DNA of 64,000 nt, taken from assembly GCF_021869535.1 (NCBI RefSeq), contig NW_026262582.1, forward strand, positions 3,224,001 through 3,288,000, read 5' to 3'. The stretch is from Mytilus californianus (Eukaryota). The notes below the pieces were generated by a model, which saw only the letters and a program-made list of their open reading frames with translations, ran no database searches and was not told the origin of the DNA. Below, piece after piece: positions 53,801-64,000 of the stretch (position 1 is its first letter; each line of letters opens with the position of its first letter). The position numbers were made by a program, and so were the translations under genes.

Positions 53801-56800
53801 GATGGCTTTTCTAAGAACAAAACAGTTTAAGAAAAAAATAGAATTAACAGACATGAACCAACTACAACCACTACACTACGGGTTCCTGACTTAGAACAGA
53901 TACATAAAGAATGTGTCGGGGCTTAACATGTGTGTGAGCACTAAAATTTCCGCATAACATGAGACAGTAATAGTACAACATGAGAACACACTGTAGAAAT
54001 AAGTAGCAATGGATCAAAAGATTGGTAATTATTAGAAGAGAGTAAGGTAAATTATTACTATTTAAAAAAACATCAGGTTAAAATGATAACGGAAATAGAA
54101 TTTAAATAAAATCTGATCAATGTTTTCCCCCTGAAAATATGGCGTTATTTGGTACAAGTTAATCTAGTAGTCGACTTGTTAAATTGATCAATAAAGGCGT
54201 TGCGTATATTATATTTTGACAGAGTATCTGTATACTTCAAATGTACTTTATTTCAATTGTACAATTTTAATTTGTATGCAGAATTACTTACGTTGTAATT
54301 GCAAATTGAAAACTTTTTGATGTAAAGCACCAGCTTCCCAAACATTGCATTTGTATGTTCCTACATCTAAAGCGGTGAATTTTGTTATTCTAAGGTTGTA
54401 TTTACCATTTTCCGTATCAATGTTGATAAAACTGCGAAAAACTTCCCGATCTGGTGTTTGCCATGAACATTGAATGTGATGAAAACAATCACATGTAAGT
54501 TCAATGTTTCCATTCATGCCAACATAAACATTTGTAATATTTAAACCATGCCCTGAAATAGAAGTAATGGTCCTTTGCAAATGATATAAGACGATATTGA
54601 TAAGTTTAACGTCGTTATATTCTTAAGGGAGTCGTCTAGAAAATTCATTCACATGGTAGATTTGTATTACCTTCTTCTTCCAGTTATAGTTGATATGTCT
54701 TTACATATGAACAGTATTTTCTGTTTGTGGCTTTTTGCAATAATTTTTTTTAAATAATCAAGTTTTGAATAGAAGACGGAAAGTAAAAGTTAAGATATTG
54801 CTCAATTATAAAGTTATTTTCACACTATTTCAAAATTTGCAACGTGAAGTGCTAAATGTATGCACTTTTAAAATATAATAGTTTTAGTTGCAATGTCACG
54901 TTGTCACGTGTTTTACAGCAAATACATGACAGCTTCACTAATTTTGTAATTAAAATATTATTGTAACGTCATTCTATTGTTATACCCGTTCTTTATTTCA
55001 GTGATTGGACTATCATTTACCTGTTAGAAACCATTATATTAACGTTAACTGCCTAATATATTTAAGAATAACTCTCTCCTTTGATTATAGTCTAATCACT
55101 GAAAATAATGCATCTATTCACACAATTTCGTGTCTCCTGTCAAAATAAATTTACAACGAAAGAACAAATGAAGGCAGTTTGACAAACACATTTTTATTAT
55201 TAAGATAACCTTCCAAAACATTTTTTTTTGTCGACAGTTTCATACAAAATCTTAGAATTTCAAAGTAAGTTTCACATTTCTAGCATCAATGCTTATTTCA
55301 CGGCCATTTTTATATTTCGGCTCGTCTTCCTTAGCATCAACGTTGACAATGCTCGTTGTAAGTGTCTTGATATGTATACGTAACTTTGGCGTTAACATCG
55401 CTATCCACCATTTTTAGCTGCTCTTCGCATGTCCTCTTGTACGCACTCACTGCCGATGAACGACGACCAGTTTTTTTCTGCGATTAGTTGCTCATCTACA
55501 CCTACTACGTATAACCTTGCTGCTGCCGCCGTCGCGCGTAGAAAATGATTTGTACAGTTTCTAGAGATTTCATCACCTTTGCACAATTCCAACACCGTAG
55601 TTTATAGCTGAAGAACCCTTATTGGACAATCGTCGTACTATTCATCTCTTGTTGGATAAGTTTTAGATCTCAGGTAAAAAATATTCTGTTCGCCAGTTGA
55701 AAAAAAATCATGATACCTTATAGTGGTAAATTTTGAAGGAAACAATAATAATTTGATTGAAAGCGTCGGAAAACTTAAAAAAAAACCCACTCTGACTGAA
55801 GACAAAAAACATAACTCCCCCCCCCCCCCCCCCCCCCCCCTTAGAGTTGAATGGTTGCTCCCTAAAACCAGTATAATGCGTCATTCAAATATGGATGATC
55901 CGCAATCAGACCATTCGTTAATGGTTGTTCAACTTGAAATCATAATAACAAAAAAGATGAATTGTGTCGTCAAATATTATTAATAGTGCTAGATTGGTTT
56001 TAGATTTTATTGCAGGAAACAAAACAAATGTATTTTGCATCGAATATATTTTAAAAATTTCTATGGTAAACGTGCTCTTCAAAAAGGCACCCAACCAATT
56101 ATTGAAACAATTTAAGAGTTTCAAATACGGTTGTTTACTTATTTACCATCATCCACTTGCTAGTCAACCGAAATGGGGACCAAACCAAACAACAAAGAAA
56201 AGAGAAAATTGTTATGAATACATATGAGCTTAAGGATGTACTTAAATTAAAAAATCTAGAATTTAAAATTGATACCTTAAGTCAAAAGAGCATTGTTTAA
56301 GGAACAAAATAAGCCAAACATATTGATAGGTTAAAGACCGTAAATCCCCAGTTTTAAATAACGGCAGGGAAAGGCTGACTCGGACTTTTACCTTATATTT
56401 ACATTGGTATTATTTGGTTCTCAAATCGAAAGAAAGAAATATACAGTCTTAAAATTTGGTAAATGACCTTTTATGAGCTATTGAAGTCTTATTTGAAAAG
56501 AAGAAAAGTAGCATATTTACATGACGATATCGGTATATTGGTATTAAGTCAAATCTCCTGAATTTGTGATATTATTATAATTACTACATTGACAAAATGT
56601 AAACAATATGTCAAAATGTTTAGGCTTTAAATAAATATCTATTTGGGTAAGTTAATGAAAGCACACGAGGTGTATTGTTTCTTATACTGTTAGAGGTTTA
56701 TAATGTTTAACAACCATATCATATCAATGTGTAAACACGTTAATTATGAGCTATGAGAATCAAGTAGTTCGCATTTTTCCAAGTAGGTTTGAAGAAATTT

Positions 56801-59800
56801 CAAACAAATATATTTCACTGTGGGTTAGCATTCATTAGTTGTCACTATCCTATAGATTTACAACTGTTGGTTATATTGATAATTCATAATCGTCACTGAA
56901 GGTGGAGCACGAATTCTGTATTAATTAATTATTTTCTTGTGCCAATTGTATGTAAGAGTTACATTCCTTTGAACTATGTTCGATCCAATAAGTCAATATG
57001 TTGATTGTCTACCTTGAACAGGATTATAATTTCATCTTTACATATAGTTATTCTTTTGAATTTAAAATCGTTACAAAATCTATAAATGTACTAGATCTTT
57101 GTATTTTTATTGGTTTATTAAAGACATTTAAGTATATGTATAATTTCATTTATTTGTTATGAAATGTTCAAAATTAATATATACCAACATAAAGAATTAT
57201 TTTATTATCTAATAAATATTACTTTTAAATATTCCGGCCGTGCCATACCGTCAACGATGTGCAAGGTCAAATCTACCCTCATCATCATTTAGTTGCCTAG
57301 TATGATGATATAAATTACTCTGAAAAGATAGAGCATCTTCTTCCAAGTAATCTTGAAATTGCTCTCTCTTTAAAGCCGTATTCTGGTAATAATTCAAAAC
57401 AAAGTACCCCTACTTTTAATTTGAGGTACAATATGCCTGTGAATAACACATGGTTGATTCTGCTGTCAAGAATACAATGTATCAAGTTGTGGTACGCATC
57501 ATATAATCTCCAACAGCATTCATCTTGCTACTTTTAAAGGTTTTTGTTGCTTAAATATGGTGAATACAATTATGTCAGAACTCAAATGAAGCAGACAGGC
57601 TGTCTTAATATAGCTGCATTACTCGATCCCTAAAAACAAATACATAAAAGAAGTGTAATACCCCCGTACACAAACACACATACGCAAAAACGGAACACCT
57701 AGCCACCACTTTATTCCAGAAACTTCAAACTTATGCCGAATGCTTTAGTGAAAATTATAATCAGAACCTACACAAAACATTTTTAACTTTTTTGAAAAAG
57801 ATGAAGTATGAAAACAGAATTATATTATCTCCCCATTATGATAGAATGTTGGGAAAATTGAACATTAATCACAGAGACGGGCTAGCAAACAATTTTTAAT
57901 TTAAGCTTAATTACCGTTAAAAAATTTCCACTAAAAACAAAAACGAATGTTACTTATTCAAATATAAGGACTTTGTTAGCTAAATCTACTAATTTTATAA
58001 GTTATTATAACAATAGATAAACATGCTAAAAAAATGAACATCTTACCGCAGGTTAAAGGGATCAATCATGTTTTCGATTCGCACATTGTTCTTGGTGATC
58101 GTTCAAAAGCAGATGTATTTGAATCTGACAGATTTAATCATATGTGTGTTTAATCAGTTTTAGACGGTTTGCAATTGTGTTGTATAATTAAGGTCAAAAA
58201 GAAAACCCGTTTCTGCATTGAATTGATTGAAAAAAGGGGGTATTGATAAATGTATCTTACTATAAAACACAATAATATGTGTAACGTTTGTTTTTTTGAA
58301 ATGTATCTAATAACAATTTCAAACATATCACTTAGTTTTGATCTCAAAAGTCAAATTGATTGAATACAATAATTATACATTACACACACAAACAAGGATG
58401 TGCACACTTACAATGCTTTGTTTTGTTTGTGTCATTTGCCAAGTGAAATCGAGGGACAAAACAGTTCGGTATACACAGAAGAAAGAAATACACAAAATTA
58501 ACTAATAAAAAGAGCTACACAAAACTTGAAGAACACAAAACTTGAAGGAAAACCGTGTGTGTGTGTGTTTTTTTTCTTTTTAGACTTATAAAAGGGGTTA
58601 TAAATTCTAAGAAATGAGGATTCAGAAAATAAGAAGACTACATTTTAAGATATATTCAAAACTTGCCATTATTAGCTCCCATTACTAATTCATCATTGGT
58701 GTCCGCACTGGGTTTATCTGAATATAGATCCAATTTTGATTCAAAGTTAAAACAATATCATCACTATCTTCAGCGTCACTTTCTTCTTGTCGGAAAGTGT
58801 TCTGCGTTAAGAAAATACTGTCACGGTCGTCTATATTCATTTCCTAACATTAATTGCATTAGAAAGTATTCACGGAAATATATATGTAATCCTAGAACAC
58901 GCACAAATCGTGATACACATGCACTGTATATTCATGTACCTAACCATGTAGTTAAACTGTAACTGTACTTCATTATTGTTTTCCATTGTTTAAGGTTGAG
59001 CTACTGATAAAGGGGCCAACATGTAGGATAATATTGATAAGGTTTATGCAAAACTATCTATAAATATCTTAACAAACCCTTTGTTTGTATGCTTTGTTCA
59101 TCGACTTTGAAAAAGTTAAACAATGTTTTGAGTAAGATATAAGCCTCTTACAGTCCATTCTGTAAAATATTGTACAGAATCGACTGTTATCGGCTTGTAT
59201 CCCGTACCGAATGACAATGCATTATGTAGAGCATAGCCGTCGTCCGAAATATTATCACAGGGAGTGGGTTTTATGGATATCTTTACAAAACCTATTTTTT
59301 CGATGCATGTGAATCATGCTAATAAGCCACAATATTTTAACTAACGCACTTTTTGTCTTAAAATCCCCTCTAAAGAATAAAAGCAACAGTAGTATACCGC
59401 AATTCGAAATTCATAAATCGATTGAGAAAAAAAAACAAATCCGGGTTACAAACTAAAACTAAGAGAAACACATCAAATATAGGAGGAGAACAACGACAAA
59501 AAAGAAACACAACACTAAAATGCAACACACACAGAAACGAACTATAATATAACAATGGCCATTTTCCTGACTTGGTACAGGACATTTTAAGAAAAATCGG
59601 TGGGTTGAACCTGGTTTTGTGGCTAGCCAAACCTCCCGCTTTTATGGCAATGTTAAATATAACATTAAAATGACAAGGTAACATGACAGGACTACAATAC
59701 GAATACATGGGAGAATATACAGGACAGAGACACACATAAATAATAGCTATCAAAAGGTACCAGGCTTATAATTTAATACGCCAGACGCGCGTTTCGTCTA

Positions 59801-60516
59801 CATAAGACCCATCAATGACGCTCAGATAAAAAAAGTTCGAAAGCCAAAACAAGTACAAAGTTGAAGAGCATTGAGGACCAAAAGTTCCAAAAAGTTGTGC
59901 CAGATACGGCTAAGGTTATATGCCTGGGATAAGAAAATCCTTAGTATTTAGAATAATTCATACTTGAGGCTGTTTTTATTCAACTCTAGTGCACATTTAG
60001 GGGTTCATGATATTTACATGCACATCTCTTGACCAAACATGACTTACATGTTAGCATGTCAAGGGCTAGAAGAGCTTCTCATATATATATATATATATTG
60101 ATATACTTAGCTGTTAATAAGTCTAATTGATATTTTTAGAATTCCCGATAGTTAAATCAATGATTGGTATGTAAAAATTTGAATTGCTCAAATTGTAAAG
60201 GATTTACTATCCTTGGGATAGATAACCTTAGCTGTTTTTTTTTATAAAATCTTTGAGATTGATTTTATGGAGTGTATTCATGTCTGATGTGCTTTGTTGT
60301 TGCAAAGGTTGTTAAGATATCTGGATTGAAACCGTCTTACCACTTTGATATGCTTATTTGAAATTTATCACAAAAATTGAAAAATGAAAAACATAACTTT
60401 CTTTAATTAGTTCAAGTACTTATGAATTTATACAATGTCAAGATACTGTACACATTACCTGAGGAACATATTTCTAATATCACTAACAGCTTCAAAATAC
60501 AGCTACAAATAGTCAT
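32379..60516 (-). CDS. Gene B (whole model): nephrin/Sidestep-like IgSF type I membrane receptor, SP-4xIg-FN3-TM-Tyr-rich tail, 734 aa
   Basis: Exons 60459-60516, 54292-54552, 48860-49153, 44296-44589, 43211-43531, 40787-41077, 37267-37371, 36837-36864, 33231-33334 and 32379-32827 join in frame (2205 nt) with GT-AG junctions. The last intron has a weak donor. Confidence 0.8.
33231..33334 (-). CDS. Gene B exon 9: proximal cytoplasmic segment VMTAVNVRTSEASNVDSANYADITEDENNQTSSQ
   Basis: catctttag| acceptor; only the phase-2 frame is open. The donor G|gtacac is weak, and read-through stops at 33193. Confidence 0.65.
36360..36682 (+). repeat. Interspersed repeat (acccttccggaacacctgagatcacccc tail family)
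   Basis: The 3' part (ttgtcagtttgttttcgat.tatgagttt..tgtccctctg) recurs at 37510-37625, 6395-6525 and 8218-8352. Confidence 0.7.
36837..36864 (-). CDS. Gene B exon 8: 28-nt mini-exon, basic stop-transfer segment (R)YFKQKIKK(R)
   Basis: ttgtag| and AG|gtttgt. Converts phase 1 to phase 2, exactly bridging the TM exon and the 33334 exon. Confidence 0.75.
37267..37371 (-). CDS. Gene B exon 7: transmembrane helix
   Basis: 105 nt, tttttcag| and |gtaagt, phase 1-1. AIHSSGEKSLSVQSIVIVVLVFVNIIMGVGIGLFV. Confidence 0.9.
38565..38695 (-). mobile_element. Penelope-like RT C-terminal fragment
   Basis: KRDDFNSSINNFSLLTSVITSAPLYAVYISQLKRYTS resembles the DKRDDF...APAYGVYISQL.RY motif of this RT family. 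Confidence 0.65.
39757..40030 (+). repeat. Interspersed repeat related to family 1
   Basis: gaagatgtggtatgattgccaatga..caactctcc...aactataggtcaccgtacggccttcaac...cctgactt. Confidence 0.8.
40787..41077 (-). CDS. Gene B exon 6: fibronectin type III domain
   Basis: 291 nt, phase 1-1, |gtgagt donor. RPEPP...W..GYNGGFPQTF.IEY...W...L.PQTRY.VRV...NEIG; the GYNGG.PQTF motif is typical of nephrin/Sidestep-type FN3. Confidence 0.93.
41565..41690 (-). mobile_element. Penelope-like RT fragment (same segment as 11570-11690)
   Basis: acagggttgaaaaa.caaaagtttt.atagaa...agatc...tttaaa.tatcca.aa shared with 11573 onward. Confidence 0.55.
41768..42110 (+). mobile_element. Penelope-like RT core fragment
   Basis: FIRYGDYVYRQVFGIQMGTNCVQLIAGLFLY ... 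NNTVRCLDDI. Confidence 0.75.
42175..42450 (+). repeat. Interspersed repeat family 4 (gggccagctgaa...ccattctcaatttt)
   Basis: Matches 62600-62785; short 3' pieces at ~21960-22035 and ~43590-43630. Confidence 0.7.
43211..43531 (-). CDS. Gene B exon 5: Ig4 (atypical, lacks B-strand Cys)
   Basis: 321 nt, attttag| and |gtaagt, phase 1-1. VPPSF...EINLTV...EDFTDYTIEACNKKG. Confidence 0.88.
44296..44589 (-). CDS. Gene B exon 4: Ig3
   Basis: 294 nt, ttttacag| and |gtaacg, phase 1-1. YSPVV...LICNPSGNP...W...DGIYKC. Confidence 0.92.
48860..49153 (-). CDS. Gene B exon 3: Ig2
   Basis: 294 nt, cattag| and |gtaagt, phase 1-1. LTIVC...SGRPP...DNMQLFTC. Confidence 0.92.
50512..52061. repeat. Direct repeat X (1.55 kb), copy 1
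   Basis: Colinear over its whole length with 52665-54228, from gtcttgaagtatagatt to ttttgacagagtatc. Confidence 0.95.
52062..52452. repeat. Segment Y, direct copy of 63067-63474
   Basis: acataacttcttagcattttaagatccatt...tacgtagtctacatcagggg...gagtaactattcaacttattttggctgtttc shared. Confidence 0.9.
52665..54228. repeat. Direct repeat X, copy 2 (ends 63 bp from the V-exon donor)
   Basis: See 50512-52061. Confidence 0.95.
54292..54552 (-). CDS. Gene B exon 2: N-terminal V-like Ig domain (Ig1)
   Basis: 261 nt, tatttcag| and |gtaagt, phase 1-1. ELTCDC...CSW...YNLRI...DVGTYKC. Confidence 0.9.
55395..55695 (-). mobile_element. Crypton-type tyrosine recombinase (DUF3504-like) fossil
   Basis: FYLRSKTYP...*YDDCPI...TNHFLRATAAARLYVVGVDEQLIAE, then a 1-nt frameshift restores KTGRRSSAVSAYKRTCEEQLK (H-x-x-R box and catalytic Tyr region). 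Confidence 0.8.
55817..55840. repeat. C24 homopolymer
   Basis: Direct reading. Confidence 0.9.
59380..59965 (+). repeat. Interspersed repeat family 3, carrying a hammerhead ribozyme motif on the minus strand
   Basis: Colinear with 27137-27765; 3' piece also at ~22460-22560. Confidence 0.85.
59778..59822 (-). ncRNA. Minimal type I hammerhead ribozyme, catalytic core mutated (probably inactive)
   Basis: GCGUCA-UUGAUGG-GUC(UUAUGUA)GAC-GAAA-C(GCGC)G-UC-UGGCGU. Helices I, II and III are present; the core CUGAUGA reads UUGAUGG. Confidence 0.7.
60459..60516 (-). CDS. Gene B exon 1: signal peptide MTICSCILKLLVILEICSS(G)
   Basis: cattacag|acatcATG...TCAG|gtaatg; same coding length, phase and acceptor context as the gene A signal exon. 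Confidence 0.85.
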
Positions 60517-60903
60517 GATGTCTGTAATGAAAAAGTATATGACAGTAAAAATAAAGGTTATATGGTATTATCTGGAATATCGCAATGCAAAAGATGTTGC
60601 ATTGATTCAGTAAACACTTTAATTATGAAGACTAATAGATTTACTTAAAACATGCATATACATCCTTTTTCCAAACACTTGAATTAAATTGTTTTTTTTT
60701 TTTCTTCAGATGTCTGATTTTAATGTTGTGAGTTTTAGACTACAGTTAAATAATTACATGAAGCAATTACAAATATGATTTGAAAAAATAAATGCCTTAT
60801 AAGAATATGACAACGAAATGAGTCACATGATATAAATACCTGATGATATGATGTTAGCTTTTTCTTCCTTGTGTGTCATTGCGGAGTATACATATACAGT
60901 CCA

Positions 60904-60965
60904 TACAAATGTTTCCGTATTTACAATATGTTTCCGTATTTACAATATGTTTCCGTATTTACAAT
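60904..60965. repeat. 19-bp tandem repeat x3
   Basis: atgtttccgtatttacaat occurs at 60909, 60928 and 60947. Confidence 0.9.
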
Positions 60966-61609
60966 TGTTACAATGGCATCATATTTGTTAATTATTCATT
61001 TCTGAAAATAATTGCAGTCGTGAATAAACTGTCATTATTTATTGTCTATGAAGTGTTTTGTGCAAGTACGTGATTACATTTACATGTATCACAAAATAGA
61101 TGGATGACCAGGAAGAAGCAATAATGTTAGATATAATTTTAACACCAAATACATCATAGTAAATATCTCTATATATCAGTTTCGAAATTAGTTGTAGTTT
61201 TTATGTGAATTTTTGGTCAATACAGAATAAATCGACTTTCAATTGTTCAGGATAGTAATTAATATCAAAATAAAATGCGATTCCAATAAAGTTGTATTTG
61301 TTATATAAAATGGTTGGCTACATGATTTTGCATTTTTAATTTCCATAAACTTCAGTCCTTTTTGTTATTATACTATCCATTTATGAACCACATTGAAGGC
61401 ATACTAAAAATAGTGAAAAAGAATAAATGAGCATCTTAAATTTGTTAGGGTCTTACAATTTCAAACCAATGACATATAATCCTAGTAACTACATAAAAAT
61501 GTAGTTAAATCGATTAGAACCTCATAATAATTTTGTCTGACCATTGTAAAATCAAAGTACATACAATTCCTTCACAAAACAAACATTATCAAAAAGAAAA
61601 GTAACACAA

Positions 61610-61945
61610 ATTCCAAACTACGAGGAAAATTCAAAACGGACAGTCCGTAATGAAATCGTATAATCAAAAGCACAAACATATTACACGAATGGATAACGAC
61701 TGTCATATTCCTGACTTGGTACAGGCATTTTCTTATGTAGAAAAAGGTGGTTTAAACCTGATTTTATAGCTAGATAAACCTCTCACTTGTATGACTTCGC
61801 ATAAAATTCCATTATATTGACAACGATTTATGAAGAAAATAAACAGATATAATAGGTAAAAATGTCAAACTTGGGGCACAGCAGTCAACACTATGTTATA
61901 GTCTTAATCACTACAAAAAAACAAGCAAACATATCAACAAAGACA
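61610..61945 (+). repeat. Interspersed repeat family 2, near-complete copy
   Basis: gaaaattcaaaacgga...cctgacttggtacaggcatttt...gtcaacactatgttatagtcttaatcac. Confidence 0.8.
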
Positions 61946-62029
61946 AACAAAAAAGATCTAAATCCGAAAAAAAACCTTTTCCTATTGAGGAACGACACTG
62001 CGACACATTATAGCTTTCAACAATTTATG

Positions 62030-62260
62030 ATCTGTTAAGTGTCGATCTCAGTCGTACTCTGTTGAAGCAGTTTTTGTGAAAGAAGCACACAGATGTTAAC
62101 AACGTCCGTAGAGTGTGAACATGCACAAGTGTATTTATTGAGTTATGCAAACGCCATACAATGGAGCATAGGGTAAATAACTGTTGCGAAAGTTGAAATA
62201 TTCCGGTTTTAAATAAAGAATAGCGACCGACGCTTGACATTTATAAAAAATAATTTTCTT
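62030..62260 (-). mobile_element. Penelope-like RT C-terminal fragment
   Basis: LPYAPLYGVCITQ, then a shifted YTCACSHSTDVVNICVLLSQKLLQQ. Confidence 0.55.
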
Positions 62261-62599
62261 TTTATCCTCGGTAGCCAGTGCTACAGTATTGCTATAATTT
62301 ATATCCTTCTTGTTTCTAAAATCAAACCGCTATTGATACAAAAACAATGATTACGAAACTAAACTCCAATTGCCAGAAGCCCTTCAATAAAATTGCTATT
62401 TTAAGCTCCTTCCGTCATTTAGCTTGCACGGTTTTTTTTTACGTACCTATACCATTGGGCTTTCTGTTTGTTGGTATATCCAGGAAAAATACTGACGACC
62501 TATGGAAGTATTTCTATAACAAACACGCGAAGAATTATAACACTGCTTGTTAACTTTTAATCACCAAAGGTATCATCCGCAGAGTAACAAGTATTTCGG

Positions 62600-62785
62600 A
62601 ATGGACATAATTGGTGACATACATTTGACATTTTTGTTTAAGGGCCAGCTGAAATCCGCCTCCGGAAGCGGGATTTTCTCACTGTGTTGAAGACTTTTTG
62701 GTGGCCTCCGGCTGTTTGTTTTTTTACTCTTTGGTAGGGTTGTTGTCTCTTTGGCACATTCCCCATATCCATTCTCAATTTTATT
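62600..62785 (+). repeat. Interspersed repeat family 4
   Basis: Matches 42175-42450. Confidence 0.7.
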
Positions 62786-63066
62786 TCTTCAGATTTTCCA
62801 TTTAAAAAATTAAGAAATTATGTAAAACTAAAGGTTCAAACTACTTTTGTCAAAGTTGACCTATGGTGAGTTTGGATAAGCAGTGTATGTCCTATTGGTA
62901 ATGCAGCTCTAAACATTTCTACGATTGTGTACATACCTGGCTTTACATATGTTTAACTCTGTTAGGATGTTAGTTTCCGGTGTTATTATCAGCTCAGTAG
63001 TCAGTACTTCGTTATTGACATGATTTGTAACATATATATTTGTTTTCATATTCGTCGTTAAGAAAT

Positions 63067-63474
63067 AAAAAAAACAAATATCATAACTTCTTAGCATTTT
63101 AAGATCCATTTTATACATACACATTTGAAACTCCTAATATTTCACCGTATGTACTTATCACCTGACCTCCAAAGTTTTACTTTGTTTTTCTAACATTTAA
63201 TTACGTAGTCTACATCAGGGGTTTCATTGTATCCTGTCCAGTAAACATAGGACGATGTGGTGATCAGAAACAAATTATTCATTGAATGTCTTTAACTCAT
63301 ATATTGAGACATTCTCGTCTAGGTGACAACATTTGCAGTGCCAATTTAAGTATATATATATATATCTGGTATAGTTTTTACAAAAGCAAAAAATCGACAA
63401 AAAAAAATGTTGGCAACAATTTATGTATGAGTAACTATTCAACTTATTTTGGCTGTTTCCTTGTTTTTTAAGTC
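63067..63474. repeat. Segment Y', upstream of the gene B signal exon; direct copy of 52062-52452
   Basis: See 52062-52452. Confidence 0.9.
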
Positions 63475-64000
63475 TAACTGATCGGTTTCGTTATCAATTT
63501 TATTTCATCTACAACCTTCCTTGCAAAAGGCGCTAAAAAATGTTAAAATCAGCCATGCGAATTATTTGAAGATTTAGCTTACCTTTGTGTTGTTTAGATA
63601 TTTGAATCGTTCAACTTGTGCATAGACCGTTTTTCCCCCGTCTTAGAGTTATTCAAATGTATTTTAAACGTATCAATAGCATGAAACTAGCACTACACTA
63701 GGCAGCAGTTATACGACATTTCAATTTCGACCGGACAAAGGCTGCGTATTTATACATCCGTATAGGTAAACGTGGAAGCTGTTGCAAGGCTAATTTTCTG
63801 TCCTTATATATAAGTTAAATGTTTTGTGTTCTCGTCATAAAATTACATGAAATATTCACCACTGGACGTAAAGCAAACAACAAACAATCAACGTCATACA
63901 TTATTCAAAATACACAGTACACGAAGACAATGCTATATATAAAATTCCCATTTAAATCATTCAATAAGAAGTGCAAATTAAGAATTGTTTTATCTTATTT

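Noticed and set aside
50512-54228. X-spacer-X' as an LTR retroelement (TRIM/LARD)
   Set aside because: No TG…CA termini, PBS, PPT or TSD seen; the repeats are themselves mosaics of interspersed repeats.
55021-55098. Exon-like segment with good splice sites and a semi-hydrophobic frame (…QLTLI*WFLT) as the gene B signal exon
   Set aside because: It has no ATG and has in-frame stops. A clean signal exon homologous to that of gene A exists at 60459-60516.
1-64000. CRISPR arrays, rRNA/tRNA genes, operons and the remaining short ORFs of the track
   Set aside because: No repeat-spacer arrays or structural RNA signatures seen. The short ORFs are antisense to exons, repeat-derived or expected by chance in AT-rich DNA.

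Overview
AT-rich eukaryotic genomic DNA with GT-AG introns. The repeat landscape and gene family point to a bivalve, probably Mytilus-like; this is inference. There are no prokaryotic features, CRISPR arrays, rRNA or tRNA. The window holds two tandem, minus-strand paralogues of a nephrin/Sidestep-like immunoglobulin-superfamily receptor, reconstructed by hand from splice sites. Gene B (CDS 60516->32379, 10 exons, 2205 nt, 734 aa) encodes signal peptide - V-like Ig - 3 further Ig - FN3 - TM - tyrosine-rich tail ending in YINM. Gene A (ATG 4611, running off the left edge) has a homologous signal exon but no V-domain exon before Ig2. The rest is transposon debris: Penelope-like RT fragments, an RTE LINE, an L1/Tx1 tail, a Crypton tyrosine-recombinase fossil, hammerhead-ribozyme-bearing repeats and several interspersed repeat families. 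There is also a decayed LRR exon and several local duplications. All alignments were done by eye. Exon boundaries were checked for phase; repeat boundaries are approximate.
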